The translations under genes were made by a program, and so were the position numbers. A stretch of 64,000 bases of DNA from a bacterium (GTDB lineage: Bacteria; Lindowbacteria; 2-12-FULL-62-27), in contig JACQOF010000127.1 of NCBI GenBank assembly GCA_016202645.1, forward strand, positions 71,714 to 135,713. The letters are read 5' to 3'. Positions 8,247 through 16,654 of this stretch are shown piece by piece. Under the pieces are notes generated by a model. The model was given only the letters and a program-made list of their open reading frames with translations. It was not told where the DNA came from and did not search any database. Within the stretch, counting starts at the first letter, position 1; every line of letters starts with the position of its first letter.

Positions 8247-9433
8247 GCGTGGAGAAACACCCCTGCGGCGGCGGCGGCCACGCGGCCGGCGGCGCCTTTC
8301 GGGCCGAGCTTTGCCGCCGTGTCGGCGAGGAGCGCGCGCATGGCGGATCGGCGGGACTGATCGGACAGGAGCCGCCGGGCTTCGTCGGCAAGCGCCCGTG
8401 GCGTGAAACGGTCCTGGATCAGTTCCGGGACGACCGGAGCGTCCGCGAGGATGTTCGGCATCGCGCAGTATTTCACGTTCACCAGAAGCCGGGCGATCAG
8501 GTAGGACAGGCGCGACAGCCGATAGCCGGCGATCATGGGCGTGCCGAGCAGCATCGTCTCGACGGTCGTCGTGCCGGTCGTGACGAGGGCCAGGTCCGAG
8601 GCCGCCACAAGCGTGTGCCGCTGGCGCTCGTCCGCCAGGAGAAACGCCTTCAAATTCGGGGGAGCGCTCTGCATCCAGTACCGGTAAAATCCGGAAGGGA
8701 TCGTGCGGGCCTGCGCGATCATCACGGCGAGCGGCCGCTCCCGCGCCAGAAGCGACGCCGCCTCCCACATCACCGGAAAATGCCGGGACACTTCCTGGCG
8801 GCGGCTGCCGGGCATGAGAGAGATCAGCGTATCTGTTTCGCCAAGCCCCAGCCGCTTGCGGGCGGCCCCGCGGGATTCGGCCGGGACGACGCGGTCCACG
8901 AAGGGATGGCCGACAAACTCGACCGGACAGCCGGCGGATTCGTAGATGGCGGTCTCGAAGGGAAACAACACAAGCATTTTTTTAATGCGGCGCGCCAGGG
9001 TTTTCGCGCGGCCTTTCCGCCAGGCCCAGACCTGCGGGCTGATGAAAAAAACGACGGGGAGATTGTGTTTCGCCGCAAGCCGCGCGATGTGTAGATTCAG
9101 CCCGGGATAATCGATGAGGAGAAGACCGTCCATTTCGCCGCGCGCCATCATCGCGTCGATCCGGCCGAGGAGTTTCCGGAAGTATCCGAGATTCTTGACC
9201 GCCTCGGAAAACCCGATGACCGCGCGGTCCACGATGTTTTCGATGAGGTCCAGCCCGGCCGCCCGGGAAACCTCCCCCCCCAGCCCGAAAAAAGTGAATT
9301 GCCCGGGGTATTTCTCCGCAAACGCCCGAAGCACCATCTCGGCATGCATCTCGCTCGACAACTCCCCGGACGACACAAATATTCTTTTGACTTTCTCCCT
9401 CTCTCCCTCTCTCCCTTTCTCCCTCTCCATCAT
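8243..9433 (-). CDS. lpxB: lipid-A-disaccharide synthase
   Basis: IFVSSGELSSEMHAEMV (the GE.S.. N-terminal motif), PVVFFISPQVWAWR and VTTGTTTVETMLLGTPM. Start at ATGATG 9433, overlapping the upstream stop (ATGA). The first 17 codons (MMEREKGREGEREKVKR) are encoded by a GA-rich repeat. Confidence 0.85.
   Translation of the reverse strand: MMEREKGREGEREKVKRIFVSSGELSSEMHAEMVLRAFAEKYPGQFTFFGLGGEVSRAAGLDLIENIVDRAVIGFSEAVKNLGYFRKLLGRIDAMMARGEMDGLLLIDYPGLNLHIARLAAKHNLPVVFFISPQVWAWRKGRAKTLARRIKKMLVLFPFETAIYESAGCPVEFVGHPFVDRVVPAESRGAARKRLGLGETDTLISLMPGSRRQEVSRHFPVMWEAASLLARERPLAVMIAQARTIPSGFYRYWMQSAPPNLKAFLLADERQRHTLVAASDLALVTTGTTTVETMLLGTPMIAGYRLSRLSYLIARLLVNVKYCAMPNILADAPVVPELIQDRFTPRALADEARRLLSDQSRRSAMRALLADTAAKLGPKGAAGRVAAAAAGVFLHA
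9391..9428. repeat. polypurine/polypyrimidine GA-rich repeat (GGGAGARAGGGAGA family)
   Basis: ctttctccctctctccctctctccctttctccctctcc. The same family occurs at 50825-50856 and 51007-51041. Confidence 0.8.
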
Positions 9434-10386
9434 GACTTGGATGCGAGCTTCTCGATCCGCAGCGCCAGCGACAACGCCGCAACCGCCTCGCGGATGCCGG
9501 GCTCGGCCGGGCGGCCGTCCCGGATGCAGTTGACGAAATGCCGGAGTTCCTTCCGGAGCGGTTCCTCGGCGTCCGGGAATTCCTGACGGTCGATGTCGAG
9601 GTCCAGGAGGGATTTCAGGGTCCCGGGGGTTTTCTTGCAATACCACTCGTAGGAGCGGTTCTTGAAGTCGATCGAGAGGTAACTATCGGGCTGGAACACC
9701 CGGATTTTCCGCATGGCCTCCATCGACACGCGGCTGGCGGTGATGTTCGCGACGACGTTGCCGGAGTATTCGAGCCGCGCGTTTACAATGTCGAGGCGGT
9801 CGGTCAGGACCTTCGCGCCAACCGCCGCGACTTTTTTCAGCTTGCGGCCCTTCATCAGAAGCTGGACGATGTCGAGATCGTGGATCATGACGTCCAGCGC
9901 CACCGACACGTCCATCGCACGTTCCGGGAAGGGGCTCAGGCGGTGGACTTCGATGAACCGCGGGTCAGCGATGCGGTCCCGGACGGCGAAGAGCGCCGGG
10001 TTGAAACGCTCGATGTGGCCTACCTGGACCAGCTTTTTGGCATTCCGGGCAGCGCGGTCGATTTTCCGGGCGTCGGCGAGATTAAGCGCGATCGGTTTTT
10101 CGATGAAGACGTGGGAGCCGCGCGCAAGCAGTGCCGTCGCGGCTTCCGAATGGGCGCTCGTCGGGACCGATACCACCGCGAAATCGACGGGGGGAATATC
10201 CGCGGCGGACGCGAAAAACGGAGCGCCGAATTTCTCGCCGACTTCCTTTGCGCGGTCCGCCCGCAGATCGGCGACGGCGGCCAGGCGGACGCCTTCGAGG
10301 GACGACAGAATCCGCGCGTGATGAAATCCGAGATGGCCCACGCCGATCACGGCGGCGGACAACATATCTGCCATGCGGGGAGCCAT
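9430..10386 (-). CDS. Gfo/Idh/MocA-family NAD-dependent oxidoreductase
   Basis: N-terminal Rossmann motif AVIGVGHLGFHHARIL, then VFIEKPIA and a C-terminal alpha/beta domain. Located inside the lipid A block. Confidence 0.8.
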   Translation of the reverse strand: MAPRMADMLSAAVIGVGHLGFHHARILSSLEGVRLAAVADLRADRAKEVGEKFGAPFFASAADIPPVDFAVVSVPTSAHSEAATALLARGSHVFIEKPIALNLADARKIDRAARNAKKLVQVGHIERFNPALFAVRDRIADPRFIEVHRLSPFPERAMDVSVALDVMIHDLDIVQLLMKGRKLKKVAAVGAKVLTDRLDIVNARLEYSGNVVANITASRVSMEAMRKIRVFQPDSYLSIDFKNRSYEWYCKKTPGTLKSLLDLDIDRQEFPDAEEPLRKELRHFVNCIRDGRPAEPGIREAVAALSLALRIEKLASKS

Positions 10387-10396
10387 TCAGGCGGTC

Positions 10397-10470
10397 GTCA
10401 TGCCCGCGGAAGCGGGCATCCAGACCAATCGCAAATCAGACTGGATTCCCGCTTTCGCGGGAATGACGGC
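10397..10470. repeat. REP doublet: GTCATGCCCGC-GGAA-GCGGGCATCCAG / 14-nt spacer / CTGGATTCCCGC-TTTC-GCGGGAATGAC
   Basis: Two 8-bp hairpins in inverted orientation. Near-identical (3 substitutions) to the reverse complement of 18647-18717. Confidence 0.9.
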
Positions 10471-10490
10471 AAGGGCTGACGGGCCGCCCA

Positions 10491-12068
10491 TCATGGGACG
10501 CCCTTGGACAGCTGATGTTCCCGATAGGCTGCGGCGGCCAATGGTTCGGACTTCAGTTCATACGCGGCGTGCTGAAGCAGTCGCGTGCGGTAGACCGGCA
10601 CGAGCCGGGAATCCGGCGTGCGGACTGTGAAAATTCCGAGAAGGATCGACGCCGCGGCAAGGCCGTAGACCGGGCGCCACGCCGATGATGAAGATTCCGC
10701 CGGTATGCCGATAAAGTCTTGACCGACCCACCGTCGAAGCACCCAGACCAGACACGCCAGCGCCGCGCCCAGCGGCACGAGACTCGGCCAGCCCGAAAGG
10801 CCCATCGCATGGCCGAAGTCGAGCGGCCTGTACCCGTATTGAAAAAGCGGCAGGATGCATTCGACAAGCGGATTCTGGATTTTTTCAGGCGTGTGCGGCA
10901 TGCAAATCTGGGCGAATCCGACTTGCAGAAAAGACACCAGGCCCAGGACGGGCGTCCAGATGCGGTCGAACGCGAAGGCCATCGGCACGGCCAGAAAGGG
11001 AAGCATCGGAACCAGATAGCGCGGGCCGAAGGTCCAGCCGCCGTGCCATCCGTAAAAACCGGCGGCGACCAGGAAACAAGCGAGGACCGCGGCGCAGACG
11101 AGGAGACATTCCGGCTTGAGTCCCGGCCGCGAACGCAGGACCGCCAGGCCCGGAAGGGCCGTCAGCAAAACCGGCATGATGAAAAAAACGCCGCGGGCCG
11201 GAGAGAAAAGCAGGGACAGGATCGACTCCACGCTCGGCGCGCCCACACCCAGAATTCCCTTCCGGGCGCCTTCCGAGAATGTTCCATACCCAAGGTGCTC
11301 GCTGGAATAGGACATGGACCAGGGACTGCCGAAACACTGAAGATTGTAGAGCGCCAGCGGAACGGCGCAGAGCGCGGCGCCGATCCAAAACGAAATCCAG
11401 TCCGCGCCGTGGCGGGCGCGCGACAGAGCGTAGAGAACCAGGACGACGGAAATACCGACGGCTGTGTAATCGGTCAATGTGGCAAATCCGGCAAGTATCC
11501 CCGCGCCGAACCAACCCGGCAAATTCCGAACCCCAGCGCCCTCCCGGGCAAGATGCCGGACGGCCGCGAACGAAAAAAACGCGGAACTTGCCGCAAGCTG
11601 GTGGCCGCTGAACATCGCCGCGTGAATCCATGCAATCGTGCCGAAGGCGTAAGCGAGGACCGCGGCAAAGGCGGACGGAGGCGCGGCCCCGACGGAAATC
11701 AGCAGTCGGAAGAGAACCACGCCCGTCAGCGCAAATGGCGCGGTGGTGGTGAAGATCCGGACCAGATACATCGCGCGGCGGGAGAGCGGCGCGTCGTGCC
11801 GGATGGGCGTTGCGCGGCGGAGCGCCCAATACACCGGGACGGCCAGAAGCGGCGCACCGATCGCCTTGTTCGAATACCGGTGACCGCCGTGTTCCGACGC
11901 GTCGATGGTCTCGTACCTGTCGATGTTGAGCGTCCCATAATCGACGACCGCGCTCACGAGATAATAGCGGCTGGCGGTGTTGTCGTACTCGACCGGATGA
12001 TGGACATAGGCGGCGGCGAGAAAGAGGAGCGCGAAGAGCCCAAGATCGGTCCTCCGGCGGACCTTCAA
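10491..12068 (-). CDS. polytopic membrane GT-C glycosyltransferase-like protein (ArnT/PMT family 39-like), paralogue of 4312-5799
   Basis: 525 aa with many TM segments. First loop reads EYDNTASRYYLVSAVVDYGTLNIDRYE...HRYSNKAIGAPLLAVPVYW. TTG start overlaps the mnmA stop (TTGA). Confidence 0.55.
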   Translation of the reverse strand: MKVRRRTDLGLFALLFLAAAYVHHPVEYDNTASRYYLVSAVVDYGTLNIDRYETIDASEHGGHRYSNKAIGAPLLAVPVYWALRRATPIRHDAPLSRRAMYLVRIFTTTAPFALTGVVLFRLLISVGAAPPSAFAAVLAYAFGTIAWIHAAMFSGHQLAASSAFFSFAAVRHLAREGAGVRNLPGWFGAGILAGFATLTDYTAVGISVVLVLYALSRARHGADWISFWIGAALCAVPLALYNLQCFGSPWSMSYSSEHLGYGTFSEGARKGILGVGAPSVESILSLLFSPARGVFFIMPVLLTALPGLAVLRSRPGLKPECLLVCAAVLACFLVAAGFYGWHGGWTFGPRYLVPMLPFLAVPMAFAFDRIWTPVLGLVSFLQVGFAQICMPHTPEKIQNPLVECILPLFQYGYRPLDFGHAMGLSGWPSLVPLGAALACLVWVLRRWVGQDFIGIPAESSSSAWRPVYGLAAASILLGIFTVRTPDSRLVPVYRTRLLQHAAYELKSEPLAAAAYREHQLSKGVP

Positions 12069-13102
12069 GCCGCGATGAGCCCGGAGGCGACGACCCGGTC
12101 GCCGTCGTACAGCACCCCGATCTGGCCCGATGCCGGAGCGAAGGCCGGCGCCGTCAGATCCAGGTCGATGTCCGTGTCCGCCCGCCGGGTGAGTTTCACG
12201 CCCGTGGTCGCCGCATGATATCGAAACTGAGCGGACAGCGCCAGATCGCGGGAATCGAGAATCTCCGGAGACAGAACATTACAGTTCGTGAGGCGGACGC
12301 GGGACAGAAATGCTTCTTCCCGCGGCCCGACCGTCACCCGGCGGGACCCGGCGTCGATCGCCGTGACGTACAGAGGCCGGGGAGACGAGATGCCGATGCC
12401 GCGACGCTGGCCAAGCGTGAAGAGATGAACGCCGGAATGCCGGCCGAGGACGTTGCCCGCGCGGTCGACGATGTCTCCCGGGCGGGGATCGATGCGGGAC
12501 GCGAGAAAATCGGACGTCTTGCCGCTCACAAAACAGATTTCCTGGCTTTCCGGCTTCTCGCGCGTTTCGAGCCCAAGATCGGCCGCGATCTGCCGGACGC
12601 GGGATTTTGTCAGATACGCCAGTGGAAATAAAATTTGGTCGAAAGCTTCGCGGCGGATCCGCGAGAGAAAGTAGGCTTGGTCCTTTTGCCGGTCGAGAGC
12701 GCGGTAGAGCCCGCCGTTTTCCGACCGCGCGTAATGTCCGGTGGCCAGGGCGTCAAAGCCCAGGCGTGTCACCCGGTCGAGCACGGCGCCGAACCGGACT
12801 TCACGGTTGCACATCCCGCAGGGATTGGGTGTAACGCCGCCGGAATAACCGGCGAGAAACGGGCGGTAGACCTGATCACGGAAAAGTTCCTTGAAGTCCC
12901 ACACGTAATGCGCGATCCCCAGACGATCGGCCACGGCACGCGCGTCCCGAAGATCGTTCGGAGCGCAACAGCGCTGGACGCCGTCGGGGTTCGATTGCCC
13001 GAGGATAAGGGTGAAGGCCGCGACGTCGTGGCCGGCTTCACACAAAAGGGCCGCCGCGACAGATGAATCGACGCCGCCGGAAAGTCCCACCAGGATTTTC
13101 AT
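12065..13102 (-). CDS. mnmA: tRNA 2-thiouridine(34) synthase
   Basis: PP-loop GLSGGVDSSVAA, CCAPNDL, TPNPCGMCNREVRF and ATGHYAR. Confidence 0.95.
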   Translation of the reverse strand: MKILVGLSGGVDSSVAAALLCEAGHDVAAFTLILGQSNPDGVQRCCAPNDLRDARAVADRLGIAHYVWDFKELFRDQVYRPFLAGYSGGVTPNPCGMCNREVRFGAVLDRVTRLGFDALATGHYARSENGGLYRALDRQKDQAYFLSRIRREAFDQILFPLAYLTKSRVRQIAADLGLETREKPESQEICFVSGKTSDFLASRIDPRPGDIVDRAGNVLGRHSGVHLFTLGQRRGIGISSPRPLYVTAIDAGSRRVTVGPREEAFLSRVRLTNCNVLSPEILDSRDLALSAQFRYHAATTGVKLTRRADTDIDLDLTAPAFAPASGQIGVLYDGDRVVASGLIAA

Positions 13103-13103
13103 C

Positions 13104-14261
13104 TTACGCGGCCATCCCGAGGCGGCTTGCCGAACGGGCGAAGGCCTCGACGAACCGGGTCACGTCTGCGTCCGTGTTTCCGGACCCAAGCGAAACACGG
13201 ATCACCTCGCGGGACTCGGATTCCGAGTAGCCCATGGCCTGCGCCACGCGGGACGGCATCGACGCGCCGGCGGCGCAGGCGGCGCCGGTCGAGACACAGA
13301 TCCCCTCCTGGTCCAGACACACCACCATCTCGTCGTTGTGGACGCCGGGCGCGCGCAAAAACGACGTGTTGCAGACACGGGGCGCCGCGGCACCCAGGAT
13401 TTCAACCTCCGGACACTTCTCCCTCAACCGACGTTCCATCTCGTTTCGCAATTTTTCGACGCGGGCGGGGCCGCCGGAATCCAGAAATTCCAGCGCCTGC
13501 CGCGACGCGGCGCCCAGACCGGCTATACCCGGAACATTCTCCGTTCCCGGACGGCGGCCCCATTCCTGCTCGCCGCCCGACGCGTAAGACGCGACGCGGC
13601 TTGCCGAATCGCGGCGGATGAACAACGCGCCGATGCCCTTCGGAGCGTGAAACTTGTGGCCGGAAAGCGAAAGAAGATCGCAGAACAAGGCGTTGGGATG
13701 CACGGGCATTTTGCCGACTGCGGCGGTCGCGTCGCAGTGGAACAGGATGCCGTTCGCCCGGCACCACCGGCCGATCACGCCGGCTTCCTGGATCACACCC
13801 GTCTCGTTGTTCACCAGCATCACCGACACAAGACGCGTGTCAGGAGTCCGCAGAGCGTCCAGTTGAGACGGATCAATCCGGCCCGACCGGTCAATCTCCA
13901 GATACGTCACGCGGTGACCGCGCTCGGCGGCGGAGCGGTGCGGCCCCAGCACGGCGCTGTGCTCCGTCGGCGACGTGATCAGATGCGCGGGCCGATCAGA
14001 CCCAATAACCGCCCCCCAGATCGCCAGATTGCAGGATTCGGTCGCCCCGGATGTGAAAACAACTTCCTCGGGCTCGCACGACAGAAGCTTCGCCACATCG
14101 GCCCGCGCACGATCGATCCCGGCGCGGACTTTCTGCGCCGCCCGGTACGGCGAGGAAGGATTAAACCCTTCCTCATCCAAGTACGGCCGCATCGCCGCCC
14201 GTACATCGGGCGTCACCGGTGTCGTCGCATTGTGGTCCAGATAAAGCAACTTTGAACTCAT
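13104..14261 (-). CDS. cysteine desulfurase (NifS/IscS class)
   Basis: LYLDHNATTP, PLP-lysine motif SLSGHKFHAPKGIGAL, and catalytic loop VSTGAACAAG. Adjacent to mnmA, its sulfur acceptor. Confidence 0.9.
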   Translation of the reverse strand: MSSKLLYLDHNATTPVTPDVRAAMRPYLDEEGFNPSSPYRAAQKVRAGIDRARADVAKLLSCEPEEVVFTSGATESCNLAIWGAVIGSDRPAHLITSPTEHSAVLGPHRSAAERGHRVTYLEIDRSGRIDPSQLDALRTPDTRLVSVMLVNNETGVIQEAGVIGRWCRANGILFHCDATAAVGKMPVHPNALFCDLLSLSGHKFHAPKGIGALFIRRDSASRVASYASGGEQEWGRRPGTENVPGIAGLGAASRQALEFLDSGGPARVEKLRNEMERRLREKCPEVEILGAAAPRVCNTSFLRAPGVHNDEMVVCLDQEGICVSTGAACAAGASMPSRVAQAMGYSESESREVIRVSLGSGNTDADVTRFVEAFARSASRLGMAA

Positions 14262-14302
14262 CCTTGGAGTGTAATCCCGCCAGCCCCCGCCGTCAATGAC
14301 TC

Positions 14303-15046
14303 CTACCGGCGCGTCAGCCAGCCCTCGATGCCATATTTGGCGCGGATAGCGGATTTGGCGCGGGCGGCGTCGGATTCCGAGGCGTAAGGGCCCACGCGGA
14401 CGCGGATGTAGGCGGCGCCTGAAAGGGTCGCAGACTCGCGGTAGACCGGCCAGCCGGCGCGCTCAAGATCGGCGAAAATAGAGTCGGCCTGGGAGCGATC
14501 CGGCGTCGAGACTACTTGAACCGCCCATTGGCCGGCGGACGACCGCGGGGGGGGATCCGATTCGCCCGGCGGCGATTGAGGTCCGGCTGGCTTCAGGACA
14601 GCCGCGGGCGTTGCCCGGACCGATCCGCGGATCTGCTCTCGGGCGGCGGCACGGTCGTAAGGATTGTCAGCGGAAAGCCACGCCGATTCGAAGAGCCGCA
14701 TCGCCGTGGTTTCATCGCCCATCTGACGGTGCGCGAGGCCCAGGGCGAGACGAATCGAGGACGTGGAAATATCAGACAGCGGACGGGCGAGAAGTGGCCG
14801 GAGCCGGATCGCCGCTTCTTCCGGGTGGTTGGATCGGAGAAAGCCGACCGCGGCGTAATACACGGCCTGACCGACCCTCGGATCGGATGGAGATTCCCGG
14901 ACAAACGTGTCGAAAGACTCGGCGGCGCGCGCGTGGTCTCCCTTTAAATAGAATTCGAGAGCGTCCTCATAGCCGCCGAAGGATGATTCCGCAACCATCA
15001 TCATAACGAGGACGGCAGGAAACAAACGGGAGGCACATAAACTCAT
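14303..15046 (-). CDS. SPOR-domain protein with N-terminal TPR-like region
   Basis: Start moved to ATG 15046 (MSLCASRLFPAVLVMMMV signal/anchor), because the ORF N-extension overlaps the LapA-like gene. The C-terminus WAVQVVSTPDRSQADSIFADLERAGWPVY...YIRVRVGPYASESDAARAKSAI is a SPOR fold pattern. Confidence 0.7.
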   Translation of the reverse strand: MSLCASRLFPAVLVMMMVAESSFGGYEDALEFYLKGDHARAAESFDTFVRESPSDPRVGQAVYYAAVGFLRSNHPEEAAIRLRPLLARPLSDISTSSIRLALGLAHRQMGDETTAMRLFESAWLSADNPYDRAAAREQIRGSVRATPAAVLKPAGPQSPPGESDPPPRSSAGQWAVQVVSTPDRSQADSIFADLERAGWPVYRESATLSGAAYIRVRVGPYASESDAARAKSAIRAKYGIEGWLTRR

Positions 15047-15068
15047 CCCCCCGAACGCCCCCAAATCC

Positions 15069-15344
15069 TTACTCCCTGCTTGGAGAAACCGGCTTCTCGG
15101 CCTCGAGGCGCTGGATTTGTTTCTGCAGGTCGCGGTGCCGGCGGAAACTGCCGAAGGCGGCGAAGACGTCGTAGAGGGCGAGCGCGGTGAGCGCGGCGAG
15201 ACCGAAGACGAACATGATGAAGACATCCTGCTTGACCTGGACGCCGGCGACGGCGATGAGGACGCCGGAGGCGAGGTGATGGCAGATGAGAAGACCCAGA
15301 AAAAGAAATATCCCGATAGCGATGAGGACCGTCAGGCGGCGCAT
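15069..15344 (-). CDS. LapA-family (DUF1049) small inner-membrane protein
   Basis: 91 aa with two TM helices, then the basic/coiled tail RRHRDLQKQIQRLEAE. Confidence 0.6.
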   Translation of the reverse strand: MRRLTVLIAIGIFLFLGLLICHHLASGVLIAVAGVQVKQDVFIMFVFGLAALTALALYDVFAAFGSFRRHRDLQKQIQRLEAEKPVSPSRE

Positions 15345-16654
15345 GAGGGGACCGCGGAAGGGATCGACGCGCGCAGACTTGTACCGGCCACGCGCTCGAC
15401 GCGGACCGGCACGACACGCCCGACTTCGGTTAACGGCAGGTCCGCGACGACGGTATGAAAGGCGCGGCTCTTGCCGAAGAGTCCGCCCTCCCGCGCGGGG
15501 CCTTCAAAAAGAACTTCCACCACACGGCCGACTTGCCGGGCCAGGGAGGCACGAGTGTGGGCGGACTGGACCTCCGCCAGACTCGCGTGACGATCGACGG
15601 CAACGTCATGCGGCGGCGACGGATCCTTCAAACGGGTGGCGGCGGTGCCGCTCCGGGGACTGTAAAGGTACATGTAGGCGGCGTCGAACCCGACCTCCTC
15701 GCAGAGCGAAAGAGTCTGCCGGAAATCCTCCTCGGTTTCGCCCGGGAAACCCACGATGACGTCGGTCGTGATCGCGATGTCCGGCATTGCGCGCCGCAGA
15801 GCGCCAACCTTCCGCAGGAATGACTCGCGCGTGTAGAACCGTTTCATCCGCCGAAGAATCCGGTCCGACCCGCTCTGGACCGGCAGATGAATATGCTCGC
15901 AGAGGCTCCCGAGGTCCGGCCACGCCGAGATCAGATCGTCGGTGAGTTTTCCGGGATGGGGAGATAGAAACCGCACGCGCCCGCCCGAAAAACGGCGGTC
16001 CGTTTCCCGGAGCAGTTCGGTGAACCACGAGTCTGCGGGCATGGGGCCCAGATCGTCGCCGTAGGCGTTGACCGTCTGGCCGAGAAACAGGATCTCGCGA
16101 TAGCCGGCCAAAACCAGCGAATCCACCTCGCGCAGGACGTCCGGCAGAGGGCGGGATTTTTCCCGGCCACGCGTCCTGGGCACGATGCAGTACGTGCAGT
16201 CCATGTTGCATCCGGTGATGATCGTGACGCAGGCCTTGAAGGATGAAAACCGAAGCCGCGGCGTCTCGGCGGTCAGGGCCTCCGACGGGCCGAAATCGGC
16301 CCTCTGCTCGGATAGAAACCTTGAAACTTGCGTCACTTGGTCCGTTGGAATGACGGCATCGAGAAACGGCAGAGTTTCAAACAGACGCGTGCGCTCCTCC
16401 GAAGCGACACAACCCATCGCGGCCACGAAAACTTCCGGACGGCGGCGCTTGAGGCCGGAAAGTTCCCGGAGACGCGCAAGTCCCCGGAGTTTCGCGTGTT
16501 CGCGGACGGTACAGGTGTTGACGAACACGGCGTCCGCCGAATCGGGCGCGTCGACCAGTTCGTACCCCAGGCGCGCCAGCTGACCCGCCACGATTTCGGA
16601 ATCGTGGAGGTTCATCTGACAGCCGAAGGTCAGAATGCAGGCGCGAGGCTTCAG
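15332..16654 (-). CDS. miaB: tRNA (N6-isopentenyl-A37) methylthiotransferase, radical SAM
   Basis: CNMDCTYC radical-SAM motif and a C-terminal TRAM domain. The first ATG (16615) is the Met of the conserved FGCQMN motif, so the first cluster-ligand Cys lies upstream. Start therefore placed at in-frame CTG 16654, which has a GGAGGA 9 nt upstream and overlaps the upstream stop as CTGA. Confidence 0.85.
   Translation of the reverse strand: MKPRACILTFGCQMNLHDSEIVAGQLARLGYELVDAPDSADAVFVNTCTVREHAKLRGLARLRELSGLKRRRPEVFVAAMGCVASEERTRLFETLPFLDAVIPTDQVTQVSRFLSEQRADFGPSEALTAETPRLRFSSFKACVTIITGCNMDCTYCIVPRTRGREKSRPLPDVLREVDSLVLAGYREILFLGQTVNAYGDDLGPMPADSWFTELLRETDRRFSGGRVRFLSPHPGKLTDDLISAWPDLGSLCEHIHLPVQSGSDRILRRMKRFYTRESFLRKVGALRRAMPDIAITTDVIVGFPGETEEDFRQTLSLCEEVGFDAAYMYLYSPRSGTAATRLKDPSPPHDVAVDRHASLAEVQSAHTRASLARQVGRVVEVLFEGPAREGGLFGKSRAFHTVVADLPLTEVGRVVPVRVERVAGTSLRASIPSAVPSCAA

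Noticed and set aside
8247-8768. 174-codon N-terminal extension of the msbA ORF (768-aa version).
   Set aside because: The extension is Arg/Pro/Gly-rich and overlaps the lpxB coding frame. The ABC exporter TM domain begins right after ATG 8246, which forms an ATGA overlap with the lpxB stop.
10397-10470. REP doublets as a possible mini-CRISPR array.
   Set aside because: There are only two units per locus, in inverted rather than direct orientation. The spacers of 2-17 nt are conserved between loci, and no cas genes are present.
14281-14300. cagcccccgccGTCAATGAC looks like a REP site whose hairpin core (TTCCCGCGAAAGCGGGA) has been precisely removed, a possible excision footprint or empty target.
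   Set aside because: It is a single 20-nt match. The flank similarity to the 18636-18650 region could be chance in GC-rich DNA, so it is mentioned only as a lead under the REP finding.
16651-16654. Whether the CTGA junctions mean TGA is recoded (genetic code 4/25) or that the genes are fused by readthrough or frameshift.
   Set aside because: TGA terminates many well-defined genes here at their expected lengths (e.g. lpxB, mnmA). At the junctions the downstream conserved domains are in a different frame from the upstream gene, and the upstream proteins end naturally.
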